Shown here: piece by piece, positions 38,250 through 52,259 of the stretch
How positions within the stretch are numbered: position 1 is the stretch's first letter
How the letters are laid out: every line of letters begins with the position of its first letter
Origin: Azolla caroliniana
Taxonomy: Eukaryota > Plantae > Polypodiophyta
Length of the DNA: 64,000 bases
Direction of reading: 5' to 3'
Assembly: GCA_043228905.1 (NCBI GenBank)
Contig: JBHGNT010000011.1
Span: forward strand, 17,980,001 to 18,044,000
Notes under the pieces: generated by a model
The model's database searches: none
The model's input: only the letters and a program-made list of their open reading frames with translations
Told to the model about the DNA's origin: nothing
Position numbers and translations under genes: made by a program

Positions 38250-38800
38250 TAAGGTATCATGTTTAGGAACAATTGACACTCATTCCTACACTTGTCTCCT
38301 TCAAAAGAGTAGACATCAATCCACACTCAAAGAATTGTCTTCTGTGCAAAGATATAACTTCACATGAGGATATGTCTTCTTGGAAGAAACTCCCATGTAG
38401 ACACTAAAATATCAACAATTATATGTTGGTTGTATGATTATAGATTTGTTGCATGCATATTCATTGGAGAAATAATCAATTCATGGACATCGTTAGTGAA
38501 TCACTCTTTAGAGCTGCCAAACATCCATTATTATTCTATATGCATAGTCTTATGACATCAACTCAATTACATGTGCTATAATAGGGATTTGGTGGCTCAT
38601 GCATATGCAATTCACTCGTACTTTATACTTCACAATGATACCCAAAGTATGCAAATAGTAAGGGTGCTCTTGAGTTGTATGGTCTTGTTGCCAAAAGTCC
38701 AATCTTTGCATTTTATTTAAAACACATGTTACAATCAAGAGATTTGGTGTTGTAAACATCTTAAGCACGTTTTATAGCTTTTGTCACATGCAAAATTTTG
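38250..38800 (-). mobile_element. Possible decayed Copia RT remnant
   Basis: GIIVKYKVRV resembles GxxxRYKARLVAKG; otherwise very degraded. Confidence 0.3.
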
Positions 38801-39967
38801 CATCCCTAAACTTTGTGGTGGCTTAAATTTACTTAATCTAAACACAATCATGTTATTGAGGAAAGCTATGTTATTGAGTAAATGGTGCATAAACAATTAG
38901 TCCAGGTGTTTTATACAATTAGTCCAGGTGGGATCTTGTATTGCTACATACTGCAAGAACCTCTATCATAAACACACTTGGTTTGAGATTCCACAATTAT
39001 TTCTAATCTATGGATGGTTGAAAACCCATACTTATTTGTTACATTGTGGTCTGTGGATAGCTATTGCTGACAGGTCACATCCCACACAGTGACGTCAAAC
39101 CTCCTAACAGAGACTTCTACCTCCCTCCGCCTACAATGATCACTCACACAGACACCACACATTATACTGGACAAGTGCATGGATGATTGCAACCAGATGG
39201 AGTATGTGGAAGCCTACCAAAATAGAAAAGTCTATAGGCAAAATTACCCCTGAGTGCATCGAGCCCATCTCGTCCTGGAACAGCAGAAACATCCATATAT
39301 GCAAGCAGAGATTCTGTTTTCCTTTATTTGCGATTCGGCCCAAACTATTTGGCAGATTCCCACTCATTACAAACCCTCACTATGGAAGAGTCCATTCAGT
39401 GGCAGAGCATTCTTCTACACAAACCAATTTAAGCCATTAACAAGGTAAAGAGTCCACTCCACATGCATTCATTCCATTTCCAACATCCCACCATATATAG
39501 CAGGATTACTCGCTACCCAACCTTGCTCAACATTGTGTGGCTCATGTGGCTCACTGCCTCTTTACGTTAAGTAGTTGAAACTTGCATACCTTCCATTAGA
39601 AAATTCCAAGAATATTTATATTCAAGTCTAAGAACACCAATCCAACCAAACAACCAGCATGAGGCACAGGTGTAAATCAACATAGCCATTAATAAAGAGT
39701 AATCAAGATTGTCATGAACGATGTCACAGAACAATTCTGAGATGCAAAACTCTAGAAAGTAGACTTTGAACCCTTCTTGAATTTTGAATCAAATGAGAGA
39801 ATATTCAATAACAGTGCAATATTTATTGTTCATGTCAAAATTTGAATGTAAGTTTGTACATCCCAGTGGATTTAGACTAGATATTATTACAAGGGACGTA
39901 CATTCAGGAACCAATACAATGATTATCTACTTACATTCCAATGAATAAATGTAGCAGGATATTATTC

Positions 39968-42900
39968 CTAAGATTTGGTCTTCTTCAGCTCTAATACTAG
40001 TTTTTGTTGAGTATCCTTAGGAACAGGAGCATGCTGCATATACTCCATAGTGAACTCTCCTTTGCCCTGCATAAAACATGACGATTCAATACATTCAAAT
40101 ACAGGCATTTGCAGTTAATAAGGTGAAGAAAACACTATATGAAGCCTCAATCACTGATGTTAGCAACAGGAACACTAAAAAACTCCAATAAAGACATGGA
40201 ATCACTCCAATAAGAGAGAAACATTCTGAGCACCATGTAAGCATGAAAATTGTAACGAGGATAGTCTTTACATTAATTCCACTGATGATCTCATGACATT
40301 GTAAGGATTCTACAACTAGAAATGACTACACACAATTACGGTGTCTATCACAGTCTATGCAATTATGCAATTGAAACTGGATCATCACAGCTATCAGTAA
40401 AAAGAGCTCCATATTTATAACCTAACTTGACTTCCGGCTAGACGTCCAACATTGAAATGGAACTAGAATCAAGATACCGAAATGTGTGCCTCATAATTTT
40501 GATCATATTTTCATTTGCATTAGAAGAGATGGATCAATGGGTTGGTACAGACGGATCAATGCAGTTAATTGATACTTGGGAAATAGTGGACAAAGAGTTA
40601 AGTACCTGTGTCATTGACCTTAATGCAGTAGAGTAACCAAACATGTTGTTCAATGGAACCTGTAATGACCACAATTCTCTTTCTGCATTGATGTTTGAAT
40701 GTATTTGTTGAGAGATGAACCAAGAACAGTATATTACCTGGGCTGTTATGACACAGTCATCTCCTTCCTGTGCACTGCCAACAATAATTCCTTTGCGCCT
40801 GTAATCAAATAGAAACTTTTAAATAAACTTAAAAATGTGAACTATCCTTAACTCAGAAACAGGCAACAAGTGCATACAATTTATAATCATTGAAAAAATA
40901 TTCATAAATCCAAGGAAAAGGAAAGAAAATAGTCAATAAGTGCACCAGATATGTGAGATAAGTTCACATATATGAGATTCTTGTTTTGAGGCCTGGCAAC
41001 ACCAATCACCTTTAATAAGGAAAGCTGGGCAAGCAAGATATGTCTCTGTTTGGCTAACAAACAGGACATGATTGATTTCAATGCAAAACGGGCATTATTG
41101 CATACATTCAAAACATAGAAATAGTACATATGCTCATAAGCAGAAAGAAAGGAAGCCAACAAAAACACCACTAAAAAAAGAGGAAGAAGAACAATATTAT
41201 AAATACAAACTCGAAGAGCGATCTTGATCAGAGGCTCTTAGACATCACTACACAAACAAGTCATATGTAAAATAAAAGTGAAGAACAGGTCTTTATAGAA
41301 GTGCAAAACATTCTAAGAGAGCAACATACTTATTTAGATCACCAGTGACACTGCCTTGGAATTCCACAGGCGCTTTCAATTCTACAGTCATGACAGGCTC
41401 CAATATGGTGGGGTTGGCTGCATCATAACACTATTGTTGACAAGCATACTCAGGTTTCATGTGTCAGAATGAGAGATTGCACAATGAAATATTTTGCAAT
41501 ATTTTATATTTAACCAGTCATACCTGACGGAACGCATAAAGAGCTGCCAATTTGAAGGCAAGTTCACTAGAATCCACTGTATGTGATGAACCATCGAGTA
41601 AAACTACACGCAGTCGCTCCACGGGGAAGCCAATAAGTGAACCTCTATGTTTCAATAAGAAGTTATAGAATTACTTCCAGGATATATGACTTCAATGAAA
41701 ACGTGTTTTAGTAATCATAAAGTCAGATGTCTTACGAGTTTGCTGCTTCTATAAAACCTTTTTCAATCGCAGGTATATAATTGGATGGTATAGCTTGCCC
41801 AATCATCTGGTTATCAAACTCAAACTTCTTTCCATAGTCCTCGGGCAATGGTTCAATGTACCTTCAACAAGATATAGAGCATATAGTGCTTAAAATTATC
41901 GTGCCTGCTGTCTGCTATATTCAAAATCCTACATAATTCAAATAAAAACCAAAATGCTATGAGAAAATACCCTATAACTCGTCCATACTGACCCTGACCA
42001 CCACTTTGTTTTTTATGAAGATAGTCAAACTCTGCACGTTGGGTAATAGTCTCCCTGAAGTTCACTTGAGGTTTGCCGACTGTCGATTCAACCTAAATCC
42101 CAAATTTCTAGAATCAAACGTGTTAACTCGTTCAGAAATTGGCATAGCCAAAATCTCAGCATACCTTATATTCACGCCGCATGCGCTCAACATAAATATC
42201 TAGATGTAGCTCTCCCATGCCTGACACAATTGTCTGAGAAAAATTTTCTAAATATATTCAGTGTTTCACTTCAACTATTGTGATTATCATAAAAATAAAT
42301 CAAAACTATACCTGTCCACTCTCAGGATCTAAGCTCACACGAAATGTCGGATCTTCCCTTTGAAACCTATTCAGGGCCTTTGAAAACTGATCAAAAATCC
42401 ATAAAAACATTTCAGGAAAGCAAACAATCCACCATATCAGATTGTTACACAGTACGGTCTACAGCTGGGTGCAAACAAATTCTCAACTATGACAATAAGT
42501 GAAGCAACTAGATACAATTTTTATACTCAAATAAGTGTAGCCCAGTCTAATAAGCTACATGAAGATGAGCCAGGCAGAAATGAAATAGTGAAACAAACCT
42601 TCTGCAATTACAATGTCATAATACAAATCCCAGTGCAAGAAGGAATAAGGTTGAAAAACTACTTACGTTTGCAGTTGAATCTCGGTTGGATGGATTGATT
42701 GCTAATGACATAACTGGCTCTGGAACATTCATAGAAGTCATTGTGTACTTTACAGAACCATCCGTAAATGTGTCACCTGTAACATAACAGCATCCATGTT
42801 TTGTTCCAACAATCATGGATAACATACCCAAACTTGATAACCCAGAAAGGTATATTACCTGATGAACAGTCTATACCGAATACAGCCACAATTTCACCAG

Positions 42901-45900
42901 TACCAGCCTCTTGAATGTCCTGAGATATGATAAATGATTTCTAAATAATTTCTTCAAAAGATAATGGAAACCAGGAAGTGGTGGAAAGTAAGCTTACTTC
43001 CATATCATCTGCATGCATCCTTACCAGTCTGGGAACCTGAAATATTTTCTATGCATTAATTTTACTTAAAAGAACAAGTCTTTATCTGCAAGTACGAAAG
43101 CTATAATTCCTGCCTTTCACTTTCTGAGGTTTTTCTTACTCAAAGATTTCAAATCCCTGAGAATGCATAAAATCATGAAACCTACCTTCACCTTCTTCCC
43201 AGTGTTTGAGTTCACAATCATCTCACCTTTCCGAATAACACCCTCATAAATACTGTACCAAAATATAATCCAGATAAATTTTATGGTTGTGGGCAAGGAC
43301 GTATAGAAAATATTTGCATGTAAGCATAATAAATACCGCAGATACGTTAGCTGTCCAAATCGTCCTTCTTCAAGCTTAAATGCAAGGGCAACAAGTGGTT
43401 TTGTAGGTGATCCAGTTAAATCCACCTACAATAAATCATTTGAATGTGGGTTGCATTACAAATTACAAAAGAGTATTAATACTACATAACAATAAAAGAA
43501 GTACCTAACTGGAGTTTTCTACCGGTTTATATATCAAAATGAATGCAAAAGCTTTTCCCAAGGTTTAAGCATTCTCACAATCTCTTTGAGGAATTTCCTC
43601 AAAACTAGTAGTAACACTATTGAAATTCGTCGTTATGTAACCCTCTATTGGACACCAGACAGGACCTAACATTCCCTTAGATTTTATTTATACGGTTTAT
43701 AGAGTATGTTTCAAAATTAGAAATTTGGAAAGTAGGGTGAGAGACAATACGTTGACATCTCTAGAGTGTAAAATATAAAGCACAACAGGGAGGAAAAGAA
43801 ATGAAGACGGAAGCTGTAAGACACTAAAACATTACTGACTTAAAGAAATCTTAGTTCAAAACAAGTAGTAAAATGAATCCAACACAAATGAAACAGGAAC
43901 CTCAAAGTTTATCACAGCATCAAGGTAGCAAACAAAACAAAAATCACATTTCTAGATCTTCATGAGACTTCCACATATCACTTGCATACAGGCTAAGATT
44001 TGCAATTATGGGAAAACAGAATATACAATCCAAGAGACGTTATTTGCCAATAGTTAAGGTGGATATGAAAAAGCAGGCATGAGAATCTAGTTCCACTTTC
44101 ACCTACAGTTGAAATTCTGGCTTTATTAAATATGGTATTGGACTCTGAAAATCCAACAAGAGATTTTTGAATGACTTTGAAAGAAATCTAAGAAATTTAA
44201 ACCATATGAATCATATGCTTAGCACCTAGGAACCAACCTTCTCTTCCTTCTTTTTCTGATCAAGTGCAAAATTTTTCACTTCAATTGGGCATGGAAGGAA
44301 GTCAACCACACCATTTAACAAAAGTTGCACACCCTGAAATTCACAAATAAACAGTACAAGACGTCAAATTCCATAGCAATGCTAAAAGGTTAAACGTCCA
44401 ATAAAATAAGTTTGAATTCATGGATTCCAACCATATAATCTATTTCAAAAATATTCCATACAAGTTTTATATAATCAATTCAACCTAATAAGTATTCTTT
44501 CACAACTATCCAGCAAGAATACAGAACTGTTCTTCCATTCACTGATAAAGAATAGAAGCATAAATGCTAATGTTTTTCTACCTGTATTCACTGTTGAATA
44601 GTCTCTGTAATGATCCATAAAGTAGGAGGTTTACATGTGTTGAGCTACAAACTCGGCACACACAGAAACAGGGCTAATGATCAGCCCAAAGTTTTGAAAG
44701 TTAAAACGTGTGTGAACATTTAATACAGTAAAACTGTTAAGACTTATACTCAGTATTCCACAGTACTTCAACTTTGTTGTTTTTAGAACATCCATAAGTG
44801 AGTTATTGGTTTTGGGTCTTCTACACGTCATGAAAGCATTCTTTGTGTTTAGTATCTGGTTTTGTGTATGTTTCTTGATTTTCCTCCACATCATGAAAGC
44901 CTTTGTTGTGTTTAGTATCTGGTTTTGTGTGGCATCCGAGCATTGAGCTAGATACCAAAAACTTCCTACACAGTATCAAAGCCTGATTTGGTGAAGATCC
45001 AACCATAAAAGTTGTGGAAATGAAAAGGTTGTGGAAGAACTCATGCAGGTGATTGAGTCACATTTGCTACTCAGTATTAAACAAGTTTGGGAGGTGTATG
45101 CAGACATCTGCAGGTGAAGATCTTGGTCATTGCAGATGCTGCGACGGTTTCCTTGAACTGGTTGGTGAATCAGCCAATATAAGAGACGCAAAGGTGCAGA
45201 GAAAGACTGAGAAAAAATCGATAGAATTGGGCTACTCATTAAAGAAACATGTGAAGGAATCTGCTGCAGGAGCAGAATTTAATTAAGACAACCAAATCTA
45301 CAGAGTAGACCAATTTCCTGGTTAGAACCATCCATACAAGCAGTCCAGATACAGGTAACTTAATAGTTACAGATAAGTTAGATCAATTAACTTTCACGCC
45401 TGGAAAATTCCGAATGCAGACATTTCTGAATGGGAAATGACACTGAGATTATATACAAGGCAAACAACTTTGATGCCTAAATTTTCAGAAGAGACGCCAG
45501 CACTGGCACAAGAGGAGGCATATAAAGAATGGGTGCAACGTTCGAGCAATGTGATCCATTGGCTGAGCAGGAGCATTCAGGACTCAACATTTGGTCACAT
45601 ACAAGATGCAAAGTCATTTGGTTACAGATTTTCTAAGTTAGCTTAGAATAAGACAACAGTTTACATGCTGGTATACACAGCAACAGAATGGAGCATCTGA
45701 GAGAAAAGAACGTTGCATTGCCGAACTGGCAAGAGCAATGATGGTATTATGGCCAGAGTAAATGATATCACTCCAGAAGAGAAGTTTTATGGCCACAAAC
45801 CAGACATGTCTCAATGCAAGGTATTTGGGTGTACAGTGTATGTACATATACCAGCAGAGCTAACAACGAAGCAAAAATCCCTGCAATCCCATCTGGATGA

Positions 45901-48900
45901 TGTGAGGAGAGCAATTCAGTATATCCAATCTATTTTTGATTATGGGCTATTTTAAGATGCAGATACGCCAATTGGATAGTTTGATACACCAATGCTGACT
46001 AGGTAGGGAGCAAACCAGACAAATGATCAATAAGTGGATACATGCTATTGTTCAGAACGTGTATGGACTAGAGCATTGAGTTAGATATCCAATACTTCCT
46101 ATAACCTGAAGGTTTTGACATAGTATGGTGCAGAAGTTCACCTTCAAAGTTGAAACCTTTAAAGAAAAACATGTACAAACTTCTCATCCAAAAAAACTCT
46201 CAAGGTTAAGCCACTCTTGAAAAATGTCCAACATTAAAAAAGCTTCCTCCTACATGTTTGATTGGAAACTTGAAACCAACAATAAGATTCATAAATATAT
46301 TTCATTTTAAAGTAAGCATAAACAATGGACAAACCAAAATATAGGAGAATAACCTGCCTTGTTCTTGTAAGCACTGCCCATAAAGACAGGAAAGAACTTC
46401 AATGAGATGACAGAACGGCGTATTGCTGCCTGCAAAAGTTAACGTCAAAATAAATCACAAGTAACCTGAACTGCGAACATGTTTTTGGTGATATATAGAA
46501 TTTTACCATCAATTCACTAGCAGTAATAGGTTCATCAGCCAAAAACTTTTCTGCTAACTCATCATCAGCCTCTGAAATTGCTTCAATGAGCTCACGCCTT
46601 TTATCTGCAGCAAATGACGCAAGATCTGCGGGAATTTCTGCTGGAGTGATGATTTCTCTACAAATTTCATTTGCAAAAACTAGTATTAGTTGCCAACCTC
46701 TTTACAAGCAAAGATCAAGCAAACAAGCCAATGCAGAAATTCACCCATGTGCTCCTGAAAAGTACATAGCCTTATTTTGTATAAGGTCCACCAATCCCTG
46801 AAATTCATTTTCAAGCCCAATTGGTATCTGCAAAGCAGCACAATTGTGGCGAAGCTTCTTTCTCAACTGCAGACAACAAACTCATAGATCAAATTGGGTA
46901 TTTTTTATGCTAGTGCAATATTATATTTAAATTTCATGGAATGGAAATATAATGCTACAAATATTGATGAGATTCAGATGTGATCATCAGTAAGACAGAA
47001 TAGTATTGCTTAACACTGACTGCATCTCATGTTTTATAAAAAGGATCTCCATTTTTTAATATCTACTTTGGATGGTATGCCATTACATTCTTATCTAATT
47101 AAGCACACAGATGCTACGATTCTTTCAGGTGATCTTTCAACTTACTTGTTCAATCACTCTCCATGTAAGACAGAATAGTATTGCATAACACTGACTGCAT
47201 CACATGTTTTATACAAAGGATCTCCATTTTTTAATATCTACTTTGGATGGTATGCCATTACATTCTTATCTAATTAAGCATACAGATGCTACGATTCTTT
47301 CAGGTGATTTTTCAACTTACTTGTTCAATCACTCTCCAAGGATCTGCACCAGTTCGGTCCAGCTTATTAATGAAAGCAAGGCGAGGAATTTCATATCGTC
47401 TCATTTGACGATCCACTGTAATTGACTGGCTTTGAACTCCACCAACGCCACAAAGCACAAGAATGGCGCTGTCCAAAACTCTCAGTGCTCTCTCCACTTC
47501 GATGGTAAAATCAACATGTCCAGGGGTGTCGATGATATTAATCTTCCAATTAATTTGCAATGGTTAGGAAAAAAAAACTCACAAAAGAAGAAAATGAGAG
47601 AAATAAAAATCATCATTCAAAGACTTGCAATAGTTAGAACAAAAGCTTAAAAACGATTTTTCAGCATCTACGTGATTGCAATAGCTAGAATAAAATCTTA
47701 TAACAGAAGGAAAAAAGAGCAAACTTCATCATCCAGAAAGAGATTGCAATAGCTAGAATAAAATCTTATAACAGAAGGAATAAAGAGCAAACTTCATCAT
47801 CTAGCAAGAGATCGCAATACATAGGACAAAGACACTGATTGCAAGAAAAAGTGAGATGAAAAAAAAAAAAATGGAGACGAAGGTTCTTACTGTCTAAGAG
47901 ATGGCGATACTTAGAACAAAGTAACCAGTGTTCAACATTCAAGTGATTGCAATGCAAGGTTAGAGATCAAAAAACTTAATGGAAATCTAGGTCCATTGCC
48001 AACACAAAAAAGTTACAAAAGAAGAAACCACAATGTTCAACATCAAAGTTTCCTGATTCCTTATGCATAGGTGGCATAACGGACCCATCAACATGAAGAA
48101 CCTCTGCCTACTTGTACTCTGATTCTCAAATTACACGTGAAGTGATCACAATACAAAGTCAAAATAAAAGCTTACAAAAGAAGCACAGGATAAAGTTGTC
48201 GATGTAATTGCAGTGAAAAATTAGAAGAAAATGCTTATAAAAGAAGAAACAGATACCAATGTTAATAATCCAAGTGATTGCAATAGGTAGCACCAATACA
48301 TGAGAAAGAGAATCAGAGAACGAAATTCATCATCAGAGTGATTGCAATAATTCTAACAAAATGCTTGCAAAAAAGGAATAGGTACCAAAGTTCATCATCC
48401 AAGTGATTGCAATAGTTGGAACAAGAGACTTAAGGAACAGTTACCAAGGTTCATTCATCCAAGTAATTCCAATAGAAATGTAGAAGAAAAGCTAACAAAG
48501 AAGAACAGATTGAATTTCATCCAAGTGATTTTTCTATGTAAAGTTAGAACAAAAAATAGAAAAAAGGAAATTTTCAAAGTTCACCATCCAAGTGAATTTG
48601 CAGTAGTAAGAAAAAACTTACAAATGAGACAATAGTTCATGGACTGAGACTAAATGATTGCAATATTAGATCAGAAGCTCACAAAACTTTTCAAATGCAA
48701 AAGCAGTACAATAACCTTAAAAGACTGATTTTGCATTGAAAACTTACAAAAGAGATAAAATTTTACAGACGTATGAGACAAAATTTTACAAAAATTTTAA
48801 TGATTGCAATAGTTAGAACAAAAGCTTAGAATCTTTTGTGCAATGCATGAACAGAACAGAAAACATAGAAACGAGATGAATTTTTCATGGAAATTTATTG

Positions 48901-49688
48901 GAATAGTTAGAATAAAACTTAGAAAGTCACTTTGCAAAGCAAGTTTAGAACAAGCTTACAAAAGAGACCAAAAGTTCATGGACTGAGACCAACAAAAAGA
49001 AAGTCAGAAGGCATATACGGTGACTAACTTTATGATATTAGCCTTCCTAATGATTCCGATTTCAAATATATAAATTAGAAACAAAAAATTTGCAAAAGAA
49101 TCCAAACGTTCACAGATTTATCTGATGATATTACCTTTCCAATAGATGGTAATTAAAAGTTATAACAAAAAGCTTACAAAGTAGACTAAATTCATGGACT
49201 GAGACTAGATGATTACCATAGTCAGAAGAAAATATTACGAGTGTGATTTTACAATGCCAATCGGAATATAAAATGATCAAAAACTCATGGATTGAGTGAG
49301 AGCTAACCTGATGATCACCCCATACACAATGGGTGGCAGCGGACTGAATGGTGATACCTCGCTCTCGCTCGAGGTCCATAGAATCCATCTTCGCTCCAAC
49401 TCCATCTTTCCCTCTCACTTCATGAATTTCATGGATTCTTCCTGTATAGAACAGAATCCTCTCTGTGAGAGTTGTCTTCCCTGAATCTATATGGGCTGAG
49501 ATACCAATGTTTCTGATTTTCTCCATGCGTTCCCGCCATAAATCCTCGTCTTCTTTAGGTCGAGCGAGGCCTGAGAAACGGCGAGTAAGAAACGTCCACG
49601 TGGGGGAGGAAAGTGGCGTTTCGGGAGCATAACTGAGAGAGAATAAGGCTCTCGCAGGAGCGAGGAGGCGAGCTGCAGAAGAACGCAT
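39968..49688 (-). CDS. MEFG: Mitochondrial translation elongation factor G (EF-G1), 20 coding exons
   Basis: Presequence plus [69 protein letters not shown] and [22 protein letters not shown]. Exons read by eye: 49688-49308, 47542-47321, 46866-46745, 46657-46507, 46429-46358, 44333-44238, 43425-43337, 43252-43186, 43036-42998, 42919-42859, 42776-42667, 42386-42312, 42233-42165, 42092-41971, 41861-41736, 41644-41524, 41430-41330, 40798-40738, 40659-40606, 40066-39968 (TAG). Confidence 0.95.
44630..46080 (+). mobile_element. Internally deleted Ty1/Copia remnant within EF-G intron 5, antisense to the host gene
   Basis: PBS-like tggcatccgagc at about 44930, then [12 protein letters not shown] (integrase), [28 protein letters not shown], and [17 protein letters not shown] (RT/RNase H junction). 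Confidence 0.8.
46990..47338. repeat. 175-bp tandem duplication copying the end of EF-G exon 2 and its donor site
   Basis: Copies at 46990-47163 and 47165-47338 are nearly identical. Both contain minus-strand TGGAGAGTGATTGAACAA|GTAAGT. Confidence 0.95.
47600..49230. repeat. Degenerate minisatellite (about 60-70-bp unit) filling EF-G intron 1
   Basis: Motifs (g)tgattgcaatagttagaacaaaagctta and aagttcatcatccaa recur more than 15 times with variation. Confidence 0.8.
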
Positions 49689-49730
49689 CCTCGCCAGCGA
49701 TCGACTGTGCCTGAGCCTCTCCTTCTGCTG

Positions 49731-49752
49731 CTAGGGTTAGGGTTAGGGTTTC
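49731..49752 (-). promoter_or_regulatory. Telo-box (AAACCCTAA) within a (TTAGGG)-type run in the EF-G 5' UTR
   Basis: ctagggttagggttagggtttc lies 45-60 nt upstream of the ATG. Telo-boxes are well known in plant translation-machinery genes. Confidence 0.6.
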
Positions 49753-49824
49753 GGTTTGACCAATAAATGAAACGAGGCACGAGTGAGGTTTAAGCTTTTG
49801 GCCTAAGAACCATGGGAGTGTAGG

Positions 49825-50110
49825 TCCAATGCATGAGATGATTGATTACTTCCCAAGCTTCTAGTCAGATTAGCATTAAGATTGTTCGGTGTATCTCCCC
49901 TAACATTGCCATGTACTCGAAGTACCACACAATTGCTCAAAGTATCTCGTGTAGAATTCCTCCATACCCTAAGATCTATGGGGGCATTGATTCAATGCAT
50001 ACGATGATTACTTCGCAAGCTCCTAGTCAAATTAGCGTAAAGGTTGCTCGTTGTATTTCCTCTAACAATGGCCAATACTCGAATTATCACACTATTTCTC
50101 AAAGTATCTC
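49825..50110. repeat. Diverged direct duplication (about 120-bp copies, about 162-bp period) upstream of EF-G
   Basis: caatgcat..gattacttc.caagct.ctagtca.attagc...ctcaaagtatctc is present twice. Confidence 0.75.
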
Positions 50111-52259
50111 TTATAGCATTGGGTCACACTCTATCGTGGCATTCATTCAACATGGCCTAATACAGATAGGTGTAGATGATTGTACCCATAGTTGACATAC
50201 AATACACATCCTCCCTATCGTGTCTTGGCTTCTTCTTCTTTTGTAGTATCAAAACTAAACATCAATAGAGGATAAGTCATCGTGTCAGTAGTCATGATTT
50301 TTCCTACATATACCTTAATCCTTCATTTCCATCTGATTGATTTCTTCTATAAGGGTCATTCCTCATTGTAGAATGCATTGAGCTAGTAACAAAGTCGAGC
50401 AAGCTTTTTTAATAGAGATAGTAAAAGGAGAGCCATTGAACAATGATCGATTCTCAATTCATGCTCCCTCTATCAAAAGAGGTTGAGAAATATAGTTCAC
50501 TTTGTGTTAATTATGAATCTCGTGAAAAAGTAGTTGCGCCTTCTAGAATTTGGGAGGTATAATAAATTATCATCAACACTAACTATATCCTTGATAATAT
50601 TAATGCCTTTGTTATAAATCTAAAAGATGTTATAATTTAGCTTACAACTCTAAAACATGAAGCTCTAATGTATCCTTTCATGCTTCTTCAAGTTATCAAG
50701 ATTGTCTTGACTACTTTTAACCTCTCCAACTCTTATATTTCTTCACTTTTTGAACAAAAAAATGAGCCAATGTGTGAAGGGCATTACAACAATGTTCACA
50801 AATAAAGAATAAAATAAGTATATTATTTCCTTGATCCAAAATTATTCATCATCTCACAAGTGTCATAATATCATATGTCCAATGAGATTTTTGTGTTTGA
50901 AAAACAATGTGAAATAGAATGACAAGTTCATTTTGAGGTGCTAATTGATTATATGGCTTATATTTTGATAGTTAGAAAATAACTATTCAATATGAAAGGG
51001 GGGGGGCTAATTAAACAAATCTGATCACTCTAGTTAGATATTAGGAGGTAAATTATGGTTCCAACAACCGAGAAATATGCAAATTGGAGGGGATATATTC
51101 AAGTTTTAACCCTTATGTTCATATGAGTATCTTTAATATACTATATGCAATGTTGTGTATTCTCAATTGAATTGTATATAATTGGAGATTTGTTATTCAT
51201 TATTTTTACTTGATTAAGCTCACAAATAGAAAGAAGATACTTATTTCGTAAATGAAAGATTGTACTTACCCAAAAGCATAAAGTTCATTTATATTTGCCA
51301 AGGTGTAGACTACCGCTGAAATATAATAAGTGATCAATGAGATAGTAGCCTAAACTCGAAGAGATGCAGAAGCTAGATAGTTCATATGTGAGGGATTCCT
51401 AAGTTGAATCATATAATATTTGTCATGTAAGCATTTGGGTGGTTCCCTCGAACCAAATTTCCAATACGTATCTTATTCTACTATGCAAGGCAATACATGC
51501 AAGCCTTGATTTGTTACAACAAGAATGGAAAAATGGCCCTTTACAAATGGAAAACTGGGCAATAATTTATAAGTAGATGAATCATTGCATGCTATGTATG
51601 ATCAAATACAAAATAAGGATTTTCGACCCTCCAACTCCTCCTAAAATGTGTCTTAAGTGTTTTTTATGTCACCCGAAGTGCTAAATATTGACACAAGTCA
51701 AAACAATATCACTTATGTATTTTATCAAATTAGTTTAAAACATGAAGGGTATATGTACAAGCCCTCTTGCCTAAAAAGCACGAATTGATGTGTTTGCTTA
51801 TCTGCCTTTTGCTATGTATCCTTTAAATGATGTGATATTATCACGTGCCTAAGCTATTTTGTGAGTTTCAAAACACTTAACCTCAACAAATTTAACTCGA
51901 GGCTTCTTACAATAGAGCTTCCAAAGGTTTAGCTCTCAAAAAGGCACAAGATTTCCATTGATAACGAGGGATATTTTACAAATAGAGCTTCCAAGGCTTA
52001 CACACTAAACTCTACAAAAAGGGGCTATGGGGTTTTCTCTGAAACTAGAGGTGGCTTCTTAGATAGAGCTATACAAAAACAGAGGAGCAGATTAGCAAGG
52101 TGAAATCTAAAGAATCCTACATTAGAGATTGTCCCAAACATTAAAGCAAGGGTGGGTGCATGCACACATCTCTATTCTTCCAAAAATATTAAATTCCCTC
52201 CCCCACAGGGAATAGTTACATGCATCAAGCTCATACCCCAGGATGAGCAGGATATGTTG

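Noticed and set aside
39060-39600. Possible L1 zf-RVT remnant downstream of EF-G
   Set aside because: Only a weak W...LP-like motif was seen, which is not enough to call.
49842-50195. 117-aa ORF with an internal repeat, divergent from EF-G
   Set aside because: It has a non-ATG start, is explained by a local DNA duplication, and shows no recognisable domain.
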